From Octopus bimaculoides (Eukaryota): a stretch of DNA of 33,259 nucleotides. Both the position numbers and the translations under genes were made by a program. Positions 21,976 through 29,433 of the stretch are shown here, one piece after another. The stretch lies in assembly GCF_001194135.2 (NCBI RefSeq), contig NC_068985.1:90511204-90544462 (forward strand). Reading direction: 5' to 3'. The notes below the pieces were generated by a model, which had not been told where the DNA came from, did not search any database, and saw nothing but the letters and a program-made list of their open reading frames with translations. Positions within the stretch are counted from its first letter, which is position 1. Each line of letters opens with the position of its first letter.

Positions 21976-22394
21976 ATCACTAAATATTTGAAACGTTATA
22001 TTTACAAGGACACACATGGGAAATAAAAAAGAAGAGAACAAAGACAAATTTGTATCGTATGCAATATTTGTTATAACGGGATACAGCACTATGGAAAACA
22101 TGAAAATGTATCATCCATGTGAAGTTGTATGCATGTAAGTGCTTATGCGGGTAAGTGTGTATGTAAAACTTCCAAAACATTTAAGTTTCCCTAATTAAAA
22201 TGTAAGTCAGATAGAAGTATATTCTTTTTATAACCATGTAACAGAAAATAAAATGGAGATAAGCTTACGAAAAATTTATCTATTGGAAAATCAAGATAAA
22301 TATGTAAACGCTACTGTAAGTGCATTATTTATGAAACTTTCATCGGTGTTTCTTGGCCTGCGAAACTGCTTAGCAAATTACGTCAAAAAATACA

Positions 22395-22720
22395 GGTATT
22401 TTTTTCTTTTTTTATTTTCAGTTCAAAGACTGCGGCCAAACTGTGGCACCGCCGTTTGGTTTACCAAATTTTCACTAAACCTTCTCTGATAAGTGATATT
22501 TTGTGATGAGGGTGATTGACGTTGCTGTCTTCATCTGTGTTTCTAACCTTGAGGTATGTTAATCGAGAACTCTTGACATAAGGAGATCCAGTTCTATTTC
22601 TAAAACGCCATGCAGATCTCTCAGGCTTTACGGAAGGATATTGAAGGACTGTGGGCCCTTGAATACCAAGCTGTTGCAGTACCTGGTCTTGTATCTTGAT
22701 TGCAGTGTTTGAAATTTTAG
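22395..22720 (-). pseudogene. CR1/L2-type LINE ORF2 C-terminus, 3' UTR and A-rich tail (5'-truncated)
   Basis: The minus frame reads LQSRYKTRYCNSLVFKGPQSFNILP*SLRDLHGVLEIELDLLMSRVLD*HTSRLETQMKTATSITLI. It is followed by the 3' UTR ggcggtgccacagtttggccgcagtctttgaactgaaa and the tail ataaaaaaagaaaaaaa. Confidence 0.8.
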
Positions 22721-22727
22721 TACTATG

Positions 22728-22840
22728 CAACCGCACGAGCTGGCAAAATCGAAGGCTGCAAACTGGCAGAATCGTAGCACTCCGGGCGAAATGCTTAGCG
22801 GCATTTCGTCTGTCTTTGCGTTCTGAGTTCAAATTGCACC
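22728..22840 (+). mobile_element. SINE 5' part with a duplicated 23-bp head
   Basis: Units caaccgcacgagctggcaaaatc (22728-22750) and gaaggctgcaaactggcagaatc (22751-22773) are followed by gtagcactccgggcgaaatgcttagcgg...gagttcaaatt. Confidence 0.88.
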
Positions 22841-23639
22841 ACAAAATGTAATGATAAATTTTGTTTAGCTGTTCTCCAGGTTATTTCATTTAGAGAAATA
22901 CGATTATCTTCATTTCACATCCCTTTTCGCTGATAAGCATGGAATTAAATTATAGATGAGGAGTATCGAATAATCTAAATATTTGATCATATATTTATAA
23001 ATGTGAAGTACAATCGGGTACACAATGATATGTATACATCAGTACAACCAATGACACGATAGATGAAAGTTCTCTGAAGTCCTACTGCTTCATTTCTAGA
23101 CAAAAATATGAACCACTTCACATTATTATCTAAACTTATCAAGAAACTGAAACACAACGGATTGGAATTTCCACTTAAATGTTTAATACTGAAAACACGG
23201 CAAACCTTATGATGGAATTTCACCAGTATGCAGATTATGCCTTGAAAAAACCCTGGAAATTATCATATGTAAGAAATATTTAATAAATAGACATTGTAAT
23301 ATTGGTCGGCACAGAAAGAACAAATCTTTCATGGTACATGAAAAAAAAAAAAACTGATTCCGCAATAAATCTGAACCTGATGCCCCATGGACTCTGGGGA
23401 ATTATATAGATAATGAAGATCCTACATATGAAGTAATGTTTTTTTTTAATTTTTATAAGCATGTAAGAACATAGCGGATAATAATATCAACTGATATCGG
23501 AATAATTCATATACATAGTAATGTAGCCGCAATAGATCATTGCAATGATATGTACGTTATCAAAAACTGCAGACGTATAATAAATTTGTGAAAATACAGA
23601 CGAGATACTACTATCAATTAAATGATGTAATAGAACTAT

Positions 23640-23800
23640 GAAGGCGGCGAGCTGTCAGAATGGAAGGCGTCGAGCTCGCAGAATCAAAGGTGGCGAACTG
23701 GCAGAGTCTAAGACCACGAACTGTCAGAATGGAAAACGATGAGCTGGGAAAATTGAAGGCGGCGAAGTAGCAGAGTGGAAGGCGGGCAACAGGCAGGATC
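23640..23800 (+). repeat. Tandem array of seven 23-bp SINE head (A-box) units
   Basis: Units start at 23640, 23663, 23686, 23709, 23732, 23755 and 23778. The approximate consensus is GAAGGCGGCGAGCTGGCAGAATC. Confidence 0.92.
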
Positions 23801-23968
23801 GTAACACTCCTAACGAAATACTTAGCGGCATTTGGACTGTTAAAATTCTGTGAAGGTCGACTTTACCCTTCATCATTTCGGTGTCGATAAATTAAGTACT
23901 AATTGCGTACTGGGGTCGACTAACACCTCCCACCAAATGTCAGGCCTTGTGCCTATAATAGAAAGGAT
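23640..23968 (+). mobile_element. Full-length SINE with a 7-fold multiplied head
   Basis: After the array come gtaacactcctaacgaaatacttagcggcattt, aggtcgactttacccttcatcatttcggtgtcgataaattaagtac and caggccttgtgcctataatagaaagg. Confidence 0.88.
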
Positions 23969-24436
23969 TTAATAGTGCTATGAGTACTTAGACGTAACTA
24001 CTTTATGAAAAGTGTCTGGGCAACACAGCGTGAGCGAAATTCAAATACCTACTAACACGAAACCCATCGAATAGGATAATGTGGATGACGCCAAATTATT
24101 GCCCAGAAATTGATAATAATAATAACAAATTATAACTCATTTGATTTATGAAATGTGTGTATTTATAGCATTGTCATAAGAGAAACACTGGTTGTGGGGG
24201 TGGAGTTTTATTCCGATGTAGCGTAAATAATATCACATCATTAATACACCACATCTTTTCTCTTATTCTTTTTTTTTCTCTTCCCCTCTTATCCGCGGTC
24301 CTTCTTGCGTTCCCCAGTCCTTTTATTTTCTGCTCACCCTGTCTTACTGCCTGAGTACAACAGACTGAATACATTCACAATCTTAGATCCTCTCTCTCGT
24401 TTTTTTCGTTCTCTTTCCCACATTTCCTGTCCACAG

Positions 24437-24625
24437 GCATCAACACGTAAACAACTAATGAAACTACTACTCACAAACTCCTTGCTTCTACCAACAGTAG
24501 TTTGTACGAATTCACAACTATCGTCCATTAATCCAACAGAGCTTTTAGATTGGTGTAGAATGATTAATAACTTGAAGTGCAAACCACAAGAAAATCTAAA
24601 GTTAACTATTGCAAAATGTGTATGA
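24437..24625 (+). CDS. Candidate terminal coding exon of an unidentified host gene (62 aa plus stop)
   Basis: A long polypyrimidine tract ends in ...tttcctgtccacAG at 24436. The phase-0 frame ASTRKQLMKLLLTNSLLLPTVVCTNSQLSSINPTELLDWCRMINNLKCKPQENLKLTIAKCV is open and ends in TGA TGA, with AATAAA at 24642-24647. The protein was not recognised. Confidence 0.4.
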   Translation, partial: ASTRKQLMKLLLTNSLLLPTVVCTNSQLSSINPTELLDWCRMINNLKCKPQENLKLTIAKCV

Positions 24626-25435
24626 TGAAGTACCCACGTCAAATAAATGAGGTCCCGTAGGATCCATTGATGTTATTACTTATGATAATAGTATCTCCTC
24701 TAGATATGGTGAGGTAGTCCCATAAAATAATTTGTAATCTCGATATATATGTATTAATATATAATGCATTAATAAAAATATTGAATCTGCATCCGTGAAG
24801 TATTTCTCATTATATGTATATATAATTCGTTGTCTCTCTGTTTGTCTGTCTACTCTCTATGCATTCTCAAATGGATCGGCCAAATCAAATCAAATTTGAC
24901 AAGGTAATAATATCAATATTAATAGTGTCAGCTTCTTATTTTATTTTTCCTTTTGGTTTAAGACAGTTTAACATTGGCACTGGTTCGGGTAGTACGTGTT
25001 AAAAGTGGAAGAATAACATCTACATTGCAATGTGACATAATAGTTTCACTTCTGATCCTAATGTGATAGGGCTATAATATTGTCTCACTTTCATTCTTTC
25101 ACTTTTACTTCTTATATGATAACGCTAAGATCATCTTATTTCTATCATATTTGAAATAAATGTGTAATTTTTATCCTAGTGTGAACTACATTCCGCATAT
25201 CCGAATCTTTCCGTTTTTACGGCCACAACAGCGTGATGGTGTATCAGTGTAATGGCTGACTGACATAAGGAACGGATGGAGGTGAATCTCTTGACAAAAT
25301 ACATTAAAGTGGCAGATTCCAAGTATGTACAAGTACACATTTACCGTTCAATTACGAGTTGATAATTATTGGAGGATTCGCAAGGTTGCAAGGTATTTAC
25401 AATCACATATTTACCATTAAATTAAAATTTAATAC

Positions 25436-25444
25436 ATGTGCTTA

Positions 25445-25479
<35 letters not shown>

Positions 25480-25639
25480 NNNNNNNNNNNNNNNNNNNNN
25501 NNNNNNNNNNNNNNNNNNNNNNNNNNNNNNNNNNNNNNNNNNNNNNNNNNNNNNNNNNNNNNNNNNNNNNNNNNNNNNNNNNNNNNNNNNNNNNNNNNNN
25601 NNNNNNNNNNNNNNNNNNNNNNNNNNNNNNNNNNNNNNN

Positions 25640-25685
<46 letters not shown>

Positions 25686-25752
25686 GCAGAGACAGACAGG
25701 CAGACATACAGCCAGGCAGAAAGAGAGAGAAAAATGAGCGAGAGAGAGAGAA
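25436..25752. repeat. (TA)n, gap (N 25480-25639), then (GA)n
   Basis: Seen directly. Confidence 0.95.
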
Positions 25753-25761
25753 ATAAATTTA

Positions 25762-26873
25762 TCTATAATAATTACTGCGTCATTTACCGTTGAATTAAAA
25801 GTTCATATATGTACATCTATTTCGTTAATTTGCTTATACGTGGTTAATTTATACTGCATACAAACATAAAGACATACTACATACAACTATTTACAAAATT
25901 AGAAATTAATGCATAATTTTTTCTATGTCCATAATGTTTTTGATTACAATATTGAAAAAATATGCCACCAAAGAAAAAAACGTAATCTCTCAAGAAACAA
26001 GTATAAAGCGAGGTGGATTGAAGAAAACTGAAGGCGAGAGTCTCAAGAGAGAAGGAAAATGAAACTCTCTCAAGATCAACAAGTGCATGGTGCAGCACGT
26101 CAAACGGAGGCTCAAGAGAGAAGAGAGAGATGTGATTCTCCGAAGATCAGCAAACGCATGCGGCAGCATGTCCTATAGAATCTCAGTACAGAAGGGAGAT
26201 GTGACTTTCCCGAGAAAAGCAAGCTCATGCTGCAACATATTAAATGGAGAGTTAAGAGAGAAGCGGGATGAGTCTTGCTCAATATCAGGAAGGCATGGTG
26301 AAGTACGTCAGATGCAGTCTGAATACAGAAGGGACATGTGACCTTCCCAAGAGCTGCAGTACGTCAAATGGCATCTCAAAACAGAAGCGAGATGCAAAGG
26401 CATTTTACATCACGTCAGATGTAGTCTCAAGAAACAGGGGAGATGCGACTTTCTCAAGATCAGCAAATGCATGCTGCCGCACTTAATACTGGATCATTAA
26501 AATAGCGTTTTAATGATTAGAGAGAGGCCTAATAGAAAAGCTCTCAGAAACAGATTACATACAAATTTGTTCTTCACAGATCCTGGAGCTGCCTTCAGAT
26601 ATAATCAATACCATTCTTATAAAATTGATAATTTTGTTCAAATTAGTGTGCTAAACTCAGATTGTCGTTTCTGCAATGCCTTACAATTTTCAAATGAAAA
26701 TTATGGCATGTGCTGCTCAAGCGGTAAGGTAAGATTGCCAGCACTACCAGCTAAACCTTAACCTCCTATGGATCTTCTGGAAGCCAATTCCAGAGGTTTT
26801 GGTAGTTTTTTACTTATTTAGTCCCTCGAAGCGTGAGGCATTACTACACAGTTAATGCCCTCTATATAAATTA
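25762..26873 (+). mobile_element. Defective Helitron: 5' TC terminus, decayed RepHel N-terminus (STPR-like repeats and zinc finger), then a jump to a terminal-like segment
   Basis: An A|TCTATAATAATTA start lies at 25761/25762, and an ATG at 25962 begins MPPKKK/RNLSR. About seven 69-bp repeats follow. Then comes AAFRYNQYHSY...VQISVLNSDCRFCNALQFSNENYGMCCSSGKVRLPALP, which matches the Helitron motif AAFxY...IG.M...CxxCxALKFxxExxGMCCxxGKVxLP. Confidence 0.85.
26038..26490 (+). repeat. About seven degenerate 69-bp (23-codon) coding repeats
   Basis: Unit 1 (26038-26106) reads ESQERRKMKLSQDQQVHGAARQT. The last unit (26422-26490) reads *SQETGEMRLSQDQQMHAAALNT. Confidence 0.8.
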
Positions 26874-27085
26874 NNNNNNNNNNNNNNNNNNNNNNNNNNN
26901 NNNNNNNNNNNNNNNNNNNNNNNNNNNNNNNNNNNNNNNNNNNNNNNNNNNNNNNNNNNNNNNNNNNNNNNNNNNNNNNNNNNNNNNNNNNNNNNNNNNN
27001 NNNNNNNNNNNNNNNNNNNNNNNNNNNNNNNNNNNNNNNNNNNNNNNNNNNNNNNNNNNNNNNNNNNNNNNNNNNNNNNNNNNNN

Positions 27086-27404
27086 TTCACGGATATATAA
27101 TTATGAACAGAAATCATCGTACTGTGTTGGGTACATCGTGGTATGTTGATTCTTGTTTATTTTTATGTATCTCGACCATACGTGTACTGATGAACAAAAG
27201 ATGCAGGTTACTTCACAGTGTTTCTGTATTGATTGAGAAACCATTGGTTTACCGTTAAGTTAAATGTTTTTAAGAGATTAATTTTGAAAGCTGCATTCCC
27301 TCGCTTTCGGTAAATATGTTGCTTATTTTTTGGTAGTTGTTGACTTATTTAGTCCCTCGAAGCGTGAGGCATTACTACACAGTTAATGCCCTCTATATAA
27401 ATTA
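27086..27404 (+). mobile_element. Probable second, longer 3'-terminal segment of the same Helitron-like element
   Basis: 27343-27404 is identical to 26812-26873 (62 bp), and weaker homology extends to ttttggtagtt. The segment contains hairpins. Confidence 0.5.
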
Positions 27405-27499
27405 TATATATTTATGGAAAAAAATGATCATTTGTTTTCATTATGAGGTTTTTTTCACGCTGACTACTTGATAAATTCTTATAAAGATTTTATCCTATA

Positions 27500-27679
27500 T
27501 TATATATATATACATACGACGAGTTTCTTTCAGTTTCCATCTACCAAATCCACTTACAAGTCTTTGGTCGGCCTGGGCTATAGTAGAAGATACCTACCCA
27601 AGGTGCCACGCAGTGGGACTGAACCCGGAACTGTGTGGTTGTTAAGCAAGCTACTTACTACACACCCTCTCCTGCACCT
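27500..27679 (-). mobile_element. SINE head through to its internal microsatellite (family of 28148-28467)
   Basis: The reverse complement reads ggtgcaggagagggtgtgtagtaagtagcttgcttaacaaccacacagttccgggttcagtcccactgcgtggcaccttggg...gatttggtagatggaaactgaaagaaactcgtcgtatgtatata. The B-box is GGTTCAGTCCC. Confidence 0.9.
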
Positions 27680-28147
27680 GAACTAAAGAAATTCTCAAAA
27701 TTCCAAATACGCATGTATTTAAGTAATAAATGCACGACGATAGAGTTGAGGATATCGCTCCTGTCTACTAATATATACTAACTTATTAAACTAAATACGG
27801 ATTCGTCGTTCCAGTTTTGCATGCATTCACAAGTAACTGACCGAATACACAGGGTGTCATCAGCTTCATACAAGGCTACCTTCACTGCACGTATTCCACC
27901 GTCGACTAGAGACCACAAACCCAAAGGTATGTAAGATTCCCAGTTTGGTAGAGATGGGTTGTATTTTAGTATATCTGTTTCATGCGTGTTCTTTATTGAT
28001 GAAAAGTTTTACATCATTCAAAAATCCGACTTGCATCAGGTGAATATAGGTAAGACTTAACAATTAGATTTTAACTAGTATGATATACCGAGCAAAGGTA
28101 AGAAATATTGCCATAAATACACGCTTATATTATTTATTATATATACT

Positions 28148-28467
28148 CTTAACTCTTTTACTCTTTTACTAGTTTCAGTCGTTTGACTGGAGCCATGCTG
28201 GAGCACCGCCTGATTCTATCGGTCTCTTATGCTGAACCGCTAAGTTAAAGGGATGTAAACATACCAGAATCGGTTGTCAAGTGATGTTGCGGGGACAAAC
28301 ACAGACACACAAACATATACACACACATACATATACGTATATATATACATGTACGACGGGCTTTTCGAGTCTCCGTCTACCAAATCCACTGTGCCACACA
28401 GTGGGACTGAAACCGGGACCATGTGGTTGGTGAGCAAGCTACTTACCACACAGCCACTCCTGCACCT
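28148..28467 (-). mobile_element. Near full-length tRNA-derived SINE with internal (TA/TG) tract and (GTAAAAGA)n tail
   Basis: The head ggtgcaggagtggctgtgtggtaagtagc carries the A-box TGGCTGTGTGG and the B-box-like GGTTTCAGTCC. An internal microsatellite lies at about 28300-28352. The 3' end is ggcggtgctccagcatggctccagtcaaacgactgaaactagtaaaagagtaaaagag. Confidence 0.92.
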
Positions 28468-28798
28468 ATAAGTGTAATTTACGACTTTGTTTGATTACAA
28501 TGCAAAATATTGCACAAGAACAGTATTTATATATGTAGAGTTGCCTGTTTTATAATATTTATAATATTTATAAAATATGATGTTTGTTTGGCCTATACCT
28601 GGAGCTATACTGTAAATCCTGTGAACAGAACATCATTGCTATTTACTNNNNNNNNNNNNNNNNNNNNNNNNNNNNNNNNNNNNNNNNNNNNNNNNNNNNN
28701 NNNNNNNNNNNNNNNNNNNNNNNNNNNNNNNNNNNNNNNNNNNNNNNNNNNNNNNNNNNNNNNNNNNNNNNNNNNNNNNNNNNNNNNNNNNNNNNNNN

Positions 28799-28843
<45 letters not shown>

Positions 28844-29289
28844 GGAGATAAGTGAATACTATGACAACAATCCTAATATATCATCATTATCGTAATTGTA
28901 TTGCTGTAAAATGCACAGAAACATATAAAATGAGAGAAGAATATTTTTAATGGAAGTGTAGATAAAATATGAATAGCGAACGAAATATGAAGATGAACCA
29001 AAAATAAAATCGTATCGTACGAAAAAACGGTACGATAAAAGAGTTTGCAATAATATATATAGAAGGAAGATCTTAATCAAATATATATAATCCTTCAGGT
29101 TATTATATGATATTGAAATGGTTTCTTTATTCTTCTAATAATAAAATATACACATTTTAGAATATGCTTGGTGAGATAAAGTGGAAATACTACTGAATAT
29201 AAGAGAAAGGACTGCCATAGAAGCGAAGAAATAAATTCATATTTTGATAGCACAAAGACACTTTCAAAAACCAGAAATACACAAACACA

Positions 29290-29433
29290 AATGCGCGCGC
29301 ACACACACACACAGACACATACACACACACACACACACACTCACACACTCACACACATAAACACTCACACGCATGCGCACATATGTGCGTGTGTGTGTAT
29401 ATATATACATATATATATATATAAATAAATATA
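29290..29433. repeat. (CG)/(CA)/(TG)/(TA) compound microsatellite before gap N 29434-29598
   Basis: Seen directly. Confidence 0.92.

Noticed and set aside
22398-22421. Strong polypyrimidine-AG acceptor and an apparent exon ending at GAG|GTATGT (22553)
   Set aside because: The T-tract is the reverse complement of the LINE A-rich tail, and all three frames of the putative exon contain stops.
22461-22844. 127-aa minus ORF (MWCNLNSERK...) as a host gene
   Set aside because: It is an off-frame read through an antisense SINE and the CR1/L2 remnant. The LINE-like peptide is in a different, stop-containing frame.
23070-23212. SFLDKNMNHFTLLSKL as a LINE RT motif (FLD-SKAFD-VNH-LL-KL)
   Set aside because: The diagnostic KAFD is missing and no neighbouring RT motifs are present, so it is too short to support.
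23640-23800. CRISPR-like array
   Set aside because: The units are contiguous with no spacers, derive from the SINE head, lie in a eukaryotic context and have no cas genes.
7170-28467. tRNA genes suggested by A/B boxes
   Set aside because: The boxes belong to SINE heads. No complete cloverleaf is present, and each is followed by SINE body sequence.
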